A stretch of DNA of 64,000 nucleotides from Candidatus Limnocylindrales bacterium (GTDB lineage: Bacteria; Chloroflexota; Limnocylindria; Limnocylindrales; CSP1-4): assembly GCA_049514315.1 (NCBI GenBank), contig JBEKVD010000003.1:6049-70048 (forward strand), in the 5' to 3' direction. The notes below the pieces were generated by a model. It had not been told where the DNA came from, ran no database searches, and saw only the letters and a list, made by a program, of their open reading frames with translations. This document shows positions 9,423 through 19,942 of the stretch, piece by piece (position 1 is the stretch's first letter; each line of letters begins with the position of its first letter). A program made the position numbers and the translations under genes.

Positions 9423-9938
9423 ATGACCGACCGCGACAAGGACCGGGACGAGGCACCGACTACGGACGAATTCCCGGCGGGTGACGAGGAGTTCGAGGAG
9501 GAGCCCGAACAGACGTTCGAGGCCGAGGGTGAAGCCGGCGAGGGCGAGATCGAAGGCCCGGAGGAACCCGTTCCTTCCGGCGGGCGCCGCCGATTCGGCT
9601 TTCGCCGCGGCGACCGGTCCGACGATGAGGTCGACACGCGCCAGATCGGATCCGTCCGCGGTACGCACGAGCGCGTCCACATCGACGACCGCCCGTCGGC
9701 TCTTTACGCCCTCATTTGCGCTGCTGCGCTGCTCGGAGTCCTCGCATTCTCGTGGCTCGGGGGAGTGCTGCCCAAGGCGGCCGGACCGACGCTGACCCCG
9801 CTCGTCGTGCCAACCGGTCAGCCCACGGCAAGCCCGGGCGAGAGCGCCGCCGCCTCGGCGACCGTGACCGCCAGCGCGAGCCCGACCCTTAGCCCCAGCC
9901 CGGCACCGAGCGCTTCGCCGGGCGCTTCGCCGAGCTAG
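9423..9938 (+). CDS. Hypothetical single-pass membrane protein with acidic N-terminus and Pro/Thr/Ser/Ala-rich C-terminus
   Basis: DE-rich residues 1-70, one TM (LYALICAAALLGVLAFSWLGGVL), then a PTASPGESAAASATVTASASPTLSPSPAPSASPGASPS tail. No family recognised. It sits in an otherwise unoccupied gap. Confidence 0.45.
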   Translation: MTDRDKDRDEAPTTDEFPAGDEEFEEEPEQTFEAEGEAGEGEIEGPEEPVPSGGRRRFGFRRGDRSDDEVDTRQIGSVRGTHERVHIDDRPSALYALICAAALLGVLAFSWLGGVLPKAAGPTLTPLVVPTGQPTASPGESAAASATVTASASPTLSPSPAPSASPGASPS

Positions 9939-10031
9939 GAGCGTTCGCCCTTCGCTGCAGGGAGGCGCCTCGCTGAGAGGCGGAGCCAGGGGACCCTCGC
10001 CCAGCCACTCGATTGGGCGTATCGTCGACGC

Positions 10032-10727
10032 GTGGATCCCGGGCAATCGGTTCGACTTCGGGCGGAGATGGTCGAGCGCCAGCTTCGCGGCCGCGGCATC
10101 CTCAACGAGGCGGTGCTAGCTGCTCTCGCGACCGTGCCTCGCGAGCGGTTCGTTCCGCCGGACCTGGTGTCGCGGACCTACAGCGACGATGCCCTGCCGA
10201 TAGCGTCGGGACAGTCGATCAGTCAGCCGTACATGGTCGCCCGAATGACCGAACTGCTCGAGCCTCAACCCGGCATGCGCGTCCTCGAGGTCGGCACCGG
10301 CTCCGGCTACCAGGCTGCGGTGCTGGCTCAGCTCGGGTGCCTGGTCGTATCGGTGGAGCGTCACGCCGACCTCGCCGAGGCGGCACGAGCCCGTCTCGAG
10401 GGTCTGGGCCTCGCCGGCCGGGTTGATATCGTCGTCGGCGACGGGAGCGTCGGCCGCCCGGGGGAGGCTCCGTTCGGCGCCATCGTGGTCACGGCCGCGG
10501 CTCCCCGAATCCCGGAAGCGCTGCCCGGCCAGCTCGGCGAGGGGGGCCGTCTGGTGGTCCCGGTCGGGCCGCCCCAGGGCCAGGAACTGACGCTGGTAAT
10601 CCGCCACGGCAACACGTTCGAACGACGGGAGTGCGGCGCCTGCGTGTTCGTGCCGCTCGTCGGCGCGGCCGGCTTCAGCGAGGATGCCGAGCGGCGCTAT
10701 CGCTGGCCGGGTCGCTTGTTCGAATAG
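10032..10727 (+). CDS. pcm: Protein-L-isoaspartate O-methyltransferase
   Basis: PRERFVP, GQSISQPYMVARMTELL and SAM-binding VLEVGTGSGYQAAVLA motifs. GTG start. Confidence 0.9.
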   Translation: MDPGQSVRLRAEMVERQLRGRGILNEAVLAALATVPRERFVPPDLVSRTYSDDALPIASGQSISQPYMVARMTELLEPQPGMRVLEVGTGSGYQAAVLAQLGCLVVSVERHADLAEAARARLEGLGLAGRVDIVVGDGSVGRPGEAPFGAIVVTAAAPRIPEALPGQLGEGGRLVVPVGPPQGQELTLVIRHGNTFERRECGACVFVPLVGAAGFSEDAERRYRWPGRLFE

Positions 10728-10739
10728 ACGCCCGTGATC

Positions 10740-11944
10740 CTATCGAGCGACGCCCTCGGATGAGCGCATCCTGAGGACCACCTCGTCGTAGATGGTCTCG
10801 ATCGAGTTCACCATCAACTCGACGCAGAAGCGGTCGTGGACCATGTCGTGGCCGCGTTTGGCGATCATGTCGGCAAATGGATGGTCGGCCAGCAACCGTT
10901 CGATGGCGCCCGCCAGCGCCTCGCGGTCGTCCGGCGCCACGAGCAACCCGCTGACTTCGTCCTCGATCATCTCGGGGATGCCGCCAACCCGGGACGCGAC
11001 CACCGGCCGGCCCAGCGCCATCGCTTCCAGAACGCTGAGGCCCTGGGCCTCGCGGTAAGACGGCAGCACGGACACGTCGAGGGCGGCCGTGACCGCAGGG
11101 ACGTCCTCGCGGCGGCCCGTGAACACGACCCGATCCGAGATGCCCAGCGACGCCGCCTGGGCTTCCAGAGAGTTTCGTTCCGAGCCCTCCCCGACGATGA
11201 GCAGCCATGCCCGCGGCTGCGCCGCCAGGACGAGCGGCCACGCCTCCAGGAGGGTGCGATGGCCTTTCTCCGGCTCCAGTCGGGCCACGACGCCGACGAT
11301 CTGGGCATCCTCGGGAATGGAGTAGTCCTCGTGCAGGGTGCAGCAGGGCTGCTGGTGGTTGTAGCGCTCCAGGTCCACTCCGTTGTAGATCAGGCTGACC
11401 GGTACGCCCCGACGGCCTTCTTCGCGGATCTTCTGCTCGATCGCCTTTGAAACAACGATCAAGCGGTCCATGAGAGGCGTCAGCTGGTTCAGGTTCCTCC
11501 GATCGTCGACGCATCGAACACGGCTCGAATGGACGGTGGAGATGATGGCCGGCCGTCTCAAGCCCTCTTCTCCGAGCACCAGGGCGGCTTTCGTGCCGAC
11601 AATCTCGGCCCGATACATGTGGTTGTGAACGACCTCCGGCCGGAACGGGGAGAGCAGTTCGGCCAGCGCTCGGACGCTTTCGCGATCATCGGGCTCGTCG
11701 ACCACCGAAACATCGACGCCGGCCCTCTGGAGGCGGCGAACGCTGCTGCCATGCGAGAGTGAGATCACCCGGACGTCGTAGCGATCGCGGTCGAGACGGG
11801 TTACGAGGGAGTACACGTGTTCCTGCGCGCCACCGTTGGTTCCGGTGGCCATGATCTCGACGACCCTGATTCGGCCACCCTCGATCGGCTCGCGGTCGAT
11901 CAGCTCGACGCAAGGATCGGCGTCGCCGAGGTCAGCGCCCATCG
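10740..11944 (-). CDS. Glycosyltransferase family 4 (GT-B, GT1/RfaG-like)
   Basis: GGAQEHVYSLV N-terminal motif. C-terminal E-x7-E region SYREAQGLSVLEAMALGRPVVASRVGGIPEMIEDEVSGLL. Start set at ATG 11942-11944, which overlaps the stop of the upstream gene; the longer 12209 ORF prefix is Ser/Thr/Arg junk. Confidence 0.85.
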
Positions 11945-13086
11945 CCGGAACCCCCCAGCACGGGGCCGATTCGCTGGACGAGGAGGCGCTCGATCGGCGA
12001 ATCGACGGCGCCCCACTCGTACTTGTACGGCTCGTCGCCGCGCAGGAAATCGACGCGGGCCCGCCCGAGCTCGATCGCCCGCTTGACGTAGCAGGCGGCC
12101 AGGAGCACTCCGGGCGATAGCTCTCGAGCCTCCGGCTCGGTGCCCGCGTTGTAGTAGTAGAGGGCGTCGCCGTCGTCGAACGTGACTCCGGCCGCGATGC
12201 GACGGCCACCGACGGTCAGGAAGCTGAGATCGACCAGGCCGGCGGCCGCGCAGCTCTCGAAGAGCCCGCCGAAGAACCGCCGGCTGGCGGCTCCGCCGTC
12301 GGTCGGCGGGAACAGCCCCTCCGCGCCCCAGCGTTTCTGGTGCAGATCCACGAAGGCGTCCAGATCGTCGATCGGGCTCTTCGAGCTTTCGAGGCCGACC
12401 GCGCCCGCCGCCTCAGCTCGACGAACCTTGCGCCGGATCTCATGGCGCTCCTTCTTGCCCAGGGTGGCGAGGAAGCCGTCGAAGTCGAGCCCAGGCGCAA
12501 GCGTCACCACCGGGCAGACATCTTCCTGCTCCCGAGTGACGGCCCAGCCGGCCTTCGGCGCCGCCCGTTCCAGGGCCCCTGCGAGTTCATCTGTGGCGCG
12601 GTCGCCGTGGCGGAGACGTCGCAGGTCCAGAACATCCCAGCGGCCCGGATCCTGGGCCGCCAGCGCCTCGACGACAGCCTCGCACACGCCGCGGAGGTCC
12701 TCGGGGGCGGCCAGAATAGTGGCGTAGTCGGCGTGGTACGACGCCCCGAAGAACACTGCGGTCGCCGAATCGGGCACGGGCCGGAGAGTCGAACCGGACT
12801 GGTGTCGGATGGTCGTCCTGGCCGCCAGGTCCCCCGGCTCGAGCTCGTGGCGGTGCATGAGCGGCGCGATACCGACGATGTTGTCGGGGCCGGCCCCGTT
12901 CACCACGATCAGCGTCTGGTCGTGGGCGGTCGCTCCATACGCCTCCCACCACGCCCTCTGGACGCAGTGGCGCGAGAACGGTGTCGCCCACGGTGTCCGA
13001 TCGGCGAGCGAGTTCCACGTTTCGTTCGGTATGGAATCGAATGGTCGGCGGCTCGCCGTAAGGCGCGAGCCGGTCGCGGTGCTCAT
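11932..13086 (-). CDS. CelD/BcsL-like GNAT-fold acyltransferase (FemAB-like, Acetyltransf_6)
   Basis: Pattern FLATLGKKERHEIRRKVRRAE ... YYYNAGTEPEARELSPGVLL ... VDFLRGDEPYKYEWGA is typical of the cellulose-biosynthesis CelD-like acetyltransferase family. Assigned from memory of the family. Confidence 0.65.
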   Translation of the reverse strand: MSTATGSRLTASRRPFDSIPNETWNSLADRTPWATPFSRHCVQRAWWEAYGATAHDQTLIVVNGAGPDNIVGIAPLMHRHELEPGDLAARTTIRHQSGSTLRPVPDSATAVFFGASYHADYATILAAPEDLRGVCEAVVEALAAQDPGRWDVLDLRRLRHGDRATDELAGALERAAPKAGWAVTREQEDVCPVVTLAPGLDFDGFLATLGKKERHEIRRKVRRAEAAGAVGLESSKSPIDDLDAFVDLHQKRWGAEGLFPPTDGGAASRRFFGGLFESCAAAGLVDLSFLTVGGRRIAAGVTFDDGDALYYYNAGTEPEARELSPGVLLAACYVKRAIELGRARVDFLRGDEPYKYEWGAVDSPIERLLVQRIGPVLGGSGDGR

Positions 13087-13276
13087 GGGAAACCCGCCGG
13101 TGCGGACGGCGACCGTCCGTTCTGACTGTAGGCCACTGGAGTCTTGAGACGGGCAGGCTCACCATCTGGCGCAGAGGGAGCTCTCACGGACCGAGCATAG
13201 CACCACGCTCGGAACCAGCCTGCGGTCGAGCGGTCGCTCTATCGGACGCGCCTATGCCCGGCCAGAACCCCAGCGG

Positions 13277-14428
13277 CTATGCCGCCCCCAATCCCCCGAC
13301 CGGCAGACCTGGATTCGGCCTCAGCGCGCGTGTTACGCGGTCCTCGCGAAGAGCCTCAACCAGCAGCATCGCCAGGACGGCGACGAATACCAGCGGGACG
13401 CTCGCCGACGCCGGCCAGGCGCCGCCCGAGTCGAAGAGCGAAATCCAGCCGAGTATCGGAAAGACGGCCGCCCATTTCCGGCCCGTCTCCAGGAACCAGG
13501 CCGTCGGAAGAAGCAGCAGCATCGCGTAGTGGTCCCACAACAGCGGCGTCACCAGCTGGCTCGCCACGATGGTGCCCATCAATCCGACTTCTGCCCCTCC
13601 GAAGCGCCAGATCAGGAGGACGACCACGGCCACCGCTGCGGTCGAGACCAGCTGCCCGGCCTCCGCTGCCACCTCCGGCAGACCGGCCTGATACAGGACG
13701 GCACCAGGCGAGCAATTGTGCGGCGTCGCCGCCGCCGACGAGATCCGCGCAAGGAGCGTCACGTAATCAGACCACGCACCGATGCCCGTGAAGACGGTCG
13801 CGACCGCGGCCGCCGCCGCGACGACCCCAAGGGCGATGCCGACGGCGCGCCACCGGCCCGTGACCCCAGCCCAAGCAACGAGGAGCGCCGGCTGGACCTT
13901 CACCAGCGCTCCCAGGGCAGTGGAGGCGCCGAGCGAGATCGGCCGATCGCGCCATCGCCAGGCCACCGCGAACAACACGAAGAGCAGGGGCCCGACCTGG
14001 CCAAGCTTGACCGAATACAGGAACGGCCAGTTCAGGGCACCGAGCACCACGACAAGCCAGCGAACGTCGCGTCGTACCGGCAACAATGCAGCGCCCAGCG
14101 GGAGACACAGGGCCATCCCTATGACCCACACGCCGCGGGCCACGGCGTCAGGCAGTAGCGTCAGCGGCGCCACAGCCAGGGCGAAGGGCGGCGGGTACAG
14201 GTAGATCGCGAATCCGCCGGCGGCCGAAACGGACGGGTCATACAGCTGCCCGCCGTTGATGAGGCGGCGGGCCGCTCCAACGTAAGCCTCGAAGTCGTAG
14301 CCCAGGGTGTTGCCGGCAGAACCCAGGACCAGAGCAAGCATGACGGCGAGCAGCAACAGCGAGCCGATTGGCACGATTGCGTCGGCCGGCCGCGCGCGGG
14401 GTCTCGCCGGTGAAGCGGCGGCGGTCAT
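13277..14428 (-). CDS. Polytopic GT-C glycosyltransferase, GT87/DUF2029-like
   Basis: About 11 TM segments. N-terminal loop GYDFEAYVGAARRLINGGQLYDP...YLYPPPFALAVAPL resembles DUF2029 (mycobacterial alpha-mannosyltransferase family). Confidence 0.7.
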   Translation of the reverse strand: MTAAASPARPRARPADAIVPIGSLLLLAVMLALVLGSAGNTLGYDFEAYVGAARRLINGGQLYDPSVSAAGGFAIYLYPPPFALAVAPLTLLPDAVARGVWVIGMALCLPLGAALLPVRRDVRWLVVVLGALNWPFLYSVKLGQVGPLLFVLFAVAWRWRDRPISLGASTALGALVKVQPALLVAWAGVTGRWRAVGIALGVVAAAAAVATVFTGIGAWSDYVTLLARISSAAATPHNCSPGAVLYQAGLPEVAAEAGQLVSTAAVAVVVLLIWRFGGAEVGLMGTIVASQLVTPLLWDHYAMLLLLPTAWFLETGRKWAAVFPILGWISLFDSGGAWPASASVPLVFVAVLAMLLVEALREDRVTRALRPNPGLPVGGLGAA

Positions 14429-15306
14429 GACCCGGGCGTTTCCTCGGACGCGCCGTCGGATGCGAGCCGCTCGGCGGTCGATCGCCCGGCCGCCGGATCC
14501 GAAGCGGCCGAGTCGGTTGCAGGCGCCTCGTCAGCCGCCTTTCGCACGCCCCGATGGACGAATCGAATCCGAACCAGGTCCCAGACGACCTGCAACGCCA
14601 GCTTTGGACGAGCATGCATACGCGACCCACGCCGGTCGGCCCAGGCCACCGGGACGATGGCGATGCGATAGCCGCGCCGCCGAGCCAGGTAGATCAGGTC
14701 GACGTCGAACACGATGCTCCTGATACGGAGCCGGCCGAACAGATCACGCGCCACCGAGGCGCGAAAGCCCTTGAAACCGCACTGCGTATCCCTCACCGGC
14801 CCCGTGACCCATGCCTGGGCTGCGAGGCGGAAGAGCCGCCCGACGAATCTCCGGAACGGCGGCTGGCTGGCCCGCATGTCCGACCCGTCCGGCTGGATGC
14901 GGCTGCCGAGAGCGACATCCGCGGACTCGAGCGCGGCGACCAGCAGTGGTATCTGGTCCGGCGGGGTGGCCATGTCGGCATCGGCGAAGACGAGCACGTC
15001 GCCCTCGGCAACGAGCATTCCGGCCCGCACGGCCGAGCCCTTGCCGCCATGACTCACCGACAACAGCCCGAGCGATGGACAGCCGCGCCTCGCTGAATCC
15101 GTGCCGTCGACCGCGAACTCCGGCCTCGCCTTCACCAGAGCGGCGGTTCCATCGGTGCTGCCGTCGTCGACCACGAGCACATTCACCGTCGCGGGGAGAA
15201 CCCCCTCTGGCGCCGAGCACAGGTGGGCGAACAGCTCGTCCAGCGCGGGCCCCAGGCGAGCCTCCTCGTTGTAGGCGGGCAGAACGATTCCCAGGCTGGA
15301 AATCAT
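14425..15306 (-). CDS. GT2 polyprenyl-phosphate glycosyltransferase (Ppm1/GtrB/dolichyl-phosphate glucosyltransferase-like)
   Basis: MISSLGIVLPAYNEE, VLVVDDGSTDGT and VFADADMATPP (DXD) motifs. An alternative GTG start at 15342 would add 12 aa. The stop overlaps the GT87 start. Confidence 0.85.
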   Translation of the reverse strand: MISSLGIVLPAYNEEARLGPALDELFAHLCSAPEGVLPATVNVLVVDDGSTDGTAALVKARPEFAVDGTDSARRGCPSLGLLSVSHGGKGSAVRAGMLVAEGDVLVFADADMATPPDQIPLLVAALESADVALGSRIQPDGSDMRASQPPFRRFVGRLFRLAAQAWVTGPVRDTQCGFKGFRASVARDLFGRLRIRSIVFDVDLIYLARRRGYRIAIVPVAWADRRGSRMHARPKLALQVVWDLVRIRFVHRGVRKAADEAPATDSAASDPAAGRSTAERLASDGASEETPGS

Positions 15307-15438
15307 GACCGGGAGTGTACGGTCAGCGCCGGCCCGCCGCACCGGCGCTGCGCGCAGGCCAGCATTGAGCAGGCCCGGGTCCTATGTCGAGAGCTGTCGA
15401 GGATAGGCCGTTCGTACCAGTGGAGTGGGACCCGGCCG

Positions 15439-17136
15439 ATGCTACGCTGCGATGCCGTGCGGACCTGCATCGCTCTGTATGCGCTTGCCCTCGCCGTTCG
15501 AGCGGTCGTATTTGGCCTGCATCCCGACGCGGCCTATCCCGATGCGTACTACTACGTCGAAGTAGCCCGGGCTCTCCACGCCGGGCAGGGCTTCAACATC
15601 GATTTCATCTGGTCGTTCGTGGACGTAGGCGGTCGAATCCCTGCCCTCCCGACTCTACCGATCCCGAGCAACGCCCACTGGATGCCGCTGGCCTCGATCG
15701 TGCAGCTGCCGACGATGTGGCTCCTGGGACCCACGCCAGTTGCTTCTGTGATCCCGTTTGCCATCGTCGGTTCCCTGTCGGCGCCCATGACCTGGCTTCT
15801 TGCCCGCGAAATGGGCTGTTCGCCTCGCGTGGCCCTGCTGGCCGGCATCACGGTGGCCGTGCCAGCAGCCGCGACCATCTACATGGCCCAGCCCGACAAC
15901 CTTGCGCTCTACCAGCCGCTGGGCATGGCTGCGCTCTGGCTGACCGCGCGCGGTTTGAAAGGCCACCGCTGGTCCTATGCGCTGGCCGGTCTGATGGTCG
16001 GTCTGGCCACGCTGGCTCGAAACGATGGGGTGCTGCTCGGCGCCGTCGTCGGACTCGCTCTTGTGTGGGATCGATGGCGCGCCTGGCGATCCAATGCCGG
16101 TCGAAAGCCGGCGATTCCATGGCGTTACGCGTTTGGCTGCTTCGGCCTTTTCCTGCTCGTGGTTGCGCCCTGGTACGCGCGCCAGCTGATCGTCTTCGGC
16201 AGCATCTCGCCGTCGACCACCTCCGGCCGGATCCTGTTCATCCGCACGATCGAACAGATGGACAGCGTCACCGCCCAGACGACGCTTGCGAGTTTCCTTG
16301 GCCAGGGGATCGGGCCGCTGCTCCAGAGCCGCGTGCTTGGTCTGGTTTCGGCGCTGCAGATCTACTTTGTGATCGCGAGCCCGATCGTGCTTGCGCCGTT
16401 CGTCCTGATTGGCGGCTGGGCGCGCCGGCGATCGGTCGATTTCGGGCCCTTCTTTGCCTACGCGGCAGTCCTCTTCGCCGCCTCCGCCCTCATCTTCGCG
16501 GTGCACGTTCCGTACGGCACCTTCCTGCATTCGGCCGTGGCCCTGGTGCCGTTCACATTCATCCTGACCCTGGAGGGAGTGGTCCAGGCTTCTAGCTGGG
16601 CCGCTCGTCACCGCCGGACCTGGACCGAGGAGGGCGCCACGCGCCTCTTCCTCGCACTGGCCGTGGCTGCCGTCCTGGTCAACGCCGCCGTCTACGCGGC
16701 CGTCGCCATGCCGGCCTGGAACGCGGAGCGCGACGATCGATTGGCCGCCGGCGGGGCTCTGAACGCAGCGGGTGCACCCAACACCGACCTGCTCATGAGC
16801 GCCGACCCGGGCGGGTTTGAGTACTTTACCGGCCATGGAGGCGTCGTCACGCCGACCGACTCGCTCGAGGTTATCCACCAGGTCGCCGTCGACTACCACA
16901 TTCGCTGGCTGATACTGGAGAGGGCACACGTGGTCGAATCCATGATCCCCGTGCTCGAGTTGACGGAACGGCCGGCATGGATCGGCCTGCCGATCTTCAA
17001 CGTGCCCTACGAGGGGCCTAAGACCGGGAACCCGACCGTCGACGGCGCCCCCGCCCTGGCGATCTACCCGATCTGCATCACGGCAGGGGACACGCGCTGC
17101 GGGCCGGCCGCGAGCAGCGCTGGGGCAGCGCCATGA
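15439..17136 (+). CDS. GT-C glycosyltransferase, ArnT/PMT (GT39/GT83)-like, paralog A
   Basis: Multi-TM protein. First periplasmic loop YPDAYYYVEVARALHAGQGF carries the D-x-x-Y type motif of PMT_2/ArnT enzymes. ATG 15439 chosen because the 15223 prefix lacks membrane character. Confidence 0.7.
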   Translation: MLRCDAVRTCIALYALALAVRAVVFGLHPDAAYPDAYYYVEVARALHAGQGFNIDFIWSFVDVGGRIPALPTLPIPSNAHWMPLASIVQLPTMWLLGPTPVASVIPFAIVGSLSAPMTWLLAREMGCSPRVALLAGITVAVPAAATIYMAQPDNLALYQPLGMAALWLTARGLKGHRWSYALAGLMVGLATLARNDGVLLGAVVGLALVWDRWRAWRSNAGRKPAIPWRYAFGCFGLFLLVVAPWYARQLIVFGSISPSTTSGRILFIRTIEQMDSVTAQTTLASFLGQGIGPLLQSRVLGLVSALQIYFVIASPIVLAPFVLIGGWARRRSVDFGPFFAYAAVLFAASALIFAVHVPYGTFLHSAVALVPFTFILTLEGVVQASSWAARHRRTWTEEGATRLFLALAVAAVLVNAAVYAAVAMPAWNAERDDRLAAGGALNAAGAPNTDLLMSADPGGFEYFTGHGGVVTPTDSLEVIHQVAVDYHIRWLILERAHVVESMIPVLELTERPAWIGLPIFNVPYEGPKTGNPTVDGAPALAIYPICITAGDTRCGPAASSAGAAP

Positions 17137-18833
17137 GCCGGCGCGAGACGTGGCTCAGCGCGGGCGCCATATTCGTGCTGGCGCTCGCGGTCAGAGCCGT
17201 GGCCGCAGCCGCAGTCACCTTCCCGGTACCCGAGGACACGGCTTACTACGACAGCGTAGCTCGCAACCTCCTCGAGGGCCGTGGCCTGATCAGCGACGCG
17301 CTGTGGAGCTACCAGACACAGCCGCTGGTCGTGCCACGAGCCGCGTTCGAAGTCTGGCTGCCGTTGCCGTCGCTGCTGGCTGCGATACCGATGGCCGCCG
17401 TAGGGGTCGGGAACTGGTTCCGCGCTGCGCAGGTCATGTCCGTGCTGGCAAGCTCCTGCGTGGCAGTCCTGGCCTGGCGCCTGGGCGCCGACCTGGCTGC
17501 CGAGATGCAACTGCCGGTCGGGCGTGCACGAACCATGGGCCTCGGCACCGGTCTGGTCGCGGCGGTCTTCGGGCCCCTCGTGCTGTACGGAACCCTCCCC
17601 GATTCCACGGCCTTGTTCACTGTGCTGTCGCTGGCCGCGTGCCTGCTGATGACCCGAATCGCAGCCCGCGCGGCCGCCAGGGACCCCGATGCCACCGGAA
17701 ACGGGGCCTCAACCGTCGGGCTGGCCGCCGCCGTTTCCGCTCAAATCGATAGCCGGCTCGTCGTCCTTGGAGCGTTGCTTGGTCTTGCCGCGCTGACCCG
17801 AAGCGAGGCGATCTGGCTGGCACTCGCCTGGGCAGTCCTGGCCTGGTTCTGGACACCCGGCAGTCGCCGACGCCGCCTCGGCCTGATCGCAGTGCCCGCA
17901 GTCGTGGCCGGGCTGGTCTTCGCTCCGTGGGCCATTCGCGATTGGCTGGTCTTCGGGTCGCCGCTGCCCGGCCAGACGCTGGCCAACGCCCTGTCCGTCC
18001 ACAGCTACGACATCTTCGCCTACCAGGACGTGCCCAGCCTGGCCCGCTACCTGGCCCAGGGTCCGGTGGCTCTCGTCGGCGCACGCCTGGTCGGACTTGC
18101 GCACGACCTCTTCACCGTTCTGCTGATACCGGCCTTCCCGGTGGGCCCGCTGGGGCTGCTGGTCCTGCCCTGGGTCGGTCGTCGCCGGACCCTTCGACCG
18201 CTGGTGCTCGTTTCCATCTGCACATTCGTGGTAACCAGCCTCCTCTTCCCGGTGTCCACCCTTTCAGGCACCTACATCCACGCGGCAGGATCGGCCGTCG
18301 TGCTGTTGACGGTGTGCTGCATGGCAGCCCTCGACTCGTTCATCGACCGGGTCGGCAGGCTCCGCGGCTGGACTCAGCCGGTGGCCTGGCTCGGGCCAGC
18401 GTTCGCAGTCGTTGCGGTCGGACCGTTGTGCGTTGTGACTATCACGGCCATCGCCGGCTTCGCGGGGGGCGTCGACGCCCGTTATGAGGCTTTGCCAGCC
18501 GCCATGGCCAGGGCAGGCGTGCCTCTCGACGGTAAGGCCCCGGTCATCGCCGACTACCCGATCTGGCTGGCGGAGTCGGCCCGGATTCCGACGCTGGCGC
18601 TGCCGCAGGAGTCGCCCGCCGCCGTTCTCGATCTCGCCCGGCGCTTCGGCGCGAAGCTGGTCGTCGTCTACGTCGACCCCGACGTCGGCGGCGTCTGGCC
18701 CGATATCCTGAACGGGGGCGGAACGGCAGCGAGGTGTTTCCAGGATGTCCCGCTCACCGACGCGTCGGGGGCGATGCCGGGCCCCGGCTCGGATCTGGCA
18801 GGAATCACAGTCTTCCGGATCGTTTGCCCATGA
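17133..18833 (+). CDS. GT-C glycosyltransferase, ArnT/PMT-like, paralog B
   Basis: Same layout as paralog A: FPVPEDTAYYDSVARNLLEGRGL first loop, about 12 TM segments and a C-terminal soluble domain. ATGA overlap with paralog A. Confidence 0.65.
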   Translation: MSRRETWLSAGAIFVLALAVRAVAAAAVTFPVPEDTAYYDSVARNLLEGRGLISDALWSYQTQPLVVPRAAFEVWLPLPSLLAAIPMAAVGVGNWFRAAQVMSVLASSCVAVLAWRLGADLAAEMQLPVGRARTMGLGTGLVAAVFGPLVLYGTLPDSTALFTVLSLAACLLMTRIAARAAARDPDATGNGASTVGLAAAVSAQIDSRLVVLGALLGLAALTRSEAIWLALAWAVLAWFWTPGSRRRRLGLIAVPAVVAGLVFAPWAIRDWLVFGSPLPGQTLANALSVHSYDIFAYQDVPSLARYLAQGPVALVGARLVGLAHDLFTVLLIPAFPVGPLGLLVLPWVGRRRTLRPLVLVSICTFVVTSLLFPVSTLSGTYIHAAGSAVVLLTVCCMAALDSFIDRVGRLRGWTQPVAWLGPAFAVVAVGPLCVVTITAIAGFAGGVDARYEALPAAMARAGVPLDGKAPVIADYPIWLAESARIPTLALPQESPAAVLDLARRFGAKLVVVYVDPDVGGVWPDILNGGGTAARCFQDVPLTDASGAMPGPGSDLAGITVFRIVCP

Positions 18834-19942
18834 GAGACGGCTCGTATACTCCAATCGGTATGGACGCTACCCGCGGCGCCGGAGAATTCCGCGACTCGCA
18901 CTTCGACGAGTTGTACGCCGAAGCTAAAGCCACGCTGGTCTACGGAGCCAACAATCTCCGCTCCATCACCGAGCGCTATCGCGAGGCCTACCACGACACG
19001 CTGGGCCGGTGGCATCGCCTGCGCGACGAGCTCCTGGCGGCCGACCGCCCCACTCTCTCGATGGTCGACGGGACCGATGCGGCCGCCGCCGCTGAGGCCG
19101 GTGCAGAAGATGCCCGCCAGCGGGCTCTCCGGTCTGAAGTCGAGCGGCTCGCTGCGGACGTTGGTCGCCAGCAGCAGGAGCTCTCGAAGCTCGAGCTCGC
19201 GGTTCGGAGCATGGAGAACGCCTGGCTGTTCCTCGAGCGCGGCGATGCCAGTCTGCTCGCCGGGGGCGGCGGGGTCGAGCTCGCCACCGACATGCAGATG
19301 CGCATCGTCGAGGCCCAGGAGGCCGAACGCCTGCGCCTGGCCCAGGAAGTCCACGACGGGCCGGCCCAGGCGTTGTCGAACGCCATCTTCCAGGTCGACT
19401 ACGTCGAGCGGATGCTCAACGAGGACGTGCGAACGGCGGCCAGCGAACTTCGGTTCCTGCGCGAGCTCCTTCGCCGGGAGCTGGGCGAGGTCCGGACCTT
19501 CATCAGCCAGCTCCGTCCGCCGTTGATCGACGAGCTGGGCCTCGATGGCTCGATCATGGACGCCGTGGAGAGCATGGCCGGCCTTACGGGCGCCACGGTC
19601 GAGGCGGATCTCAAGGCTCCGGGAGACGGATTGGTGCCCGCGCAACAGACCGCGGTGCTGCGGATCGTCCAGGAAGCGTTGCAGAACGTCCGAAAACACG
19701 CAGGCTCCAGTCGGGCCGTCGTGTCGACACGACTCGAGTCCGCGAACTACGTTGTCGAAGTGGCGGACGACGGACGCGGCTTCGACGTCAATGCGATCGC
19801 CGCTCGCGGTCGACGCAACTTCGGTCTCCAGTTCATGCGGGAGCGAGCCGAGTTCATCGGTGCCCAGTTCGACGTTCGGTCCAGACCTGGCGGGGGTACG
19901 GTCGTCAGGCTATCGATTCCATTCGGAGAGGAGAGCGCATGA
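18830..19942 (+). CDS. Cytoplasmic DegS-like sensor histidine kinase (HisKA_3 + HATPase_c)
   Basis: No TM segments. Coiled-coil N-terminus. H-box RLAQEVHDGPAQAL. N-box QEALQNVRKHA. G1 DDGRGF. G2-like GLQFMRERAEFIGAQFDVRSRPGGGT. ATGA overlap with the upstream GT-C gene. Confidence 0.85.
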   Translation: MRDGSYTPIGMDATRGAGEFRDSHFDELYAEAKATLVYGANNLRSITERYREAYHDTLGRWHRLRDELLAADRPTLSMVDGTDAAAAAEAGAEDARQRALRSEVERLAADVGRQQQELSKLELAVRSMENAWLFLERGDASLLAGGGGVELATDMQMRIVEAQEAERLRLAQEVHDGPAQALSNAIFQVDYVERMLNEDVRTAASELRFLRELLRRELGEVRTFISQLRPPLIDELGLDGSIMDAVESMAGLTGATVEADLKAPGDGLVPAQQTAVLRIVQEALQNVRKHAGSSRAVVSTRLESANYVVEVADDGRGFDVNAIAARGRRNFGLQFMRERAEFIGAQFDVRSRPGGGTVVRLSIPFGEESA

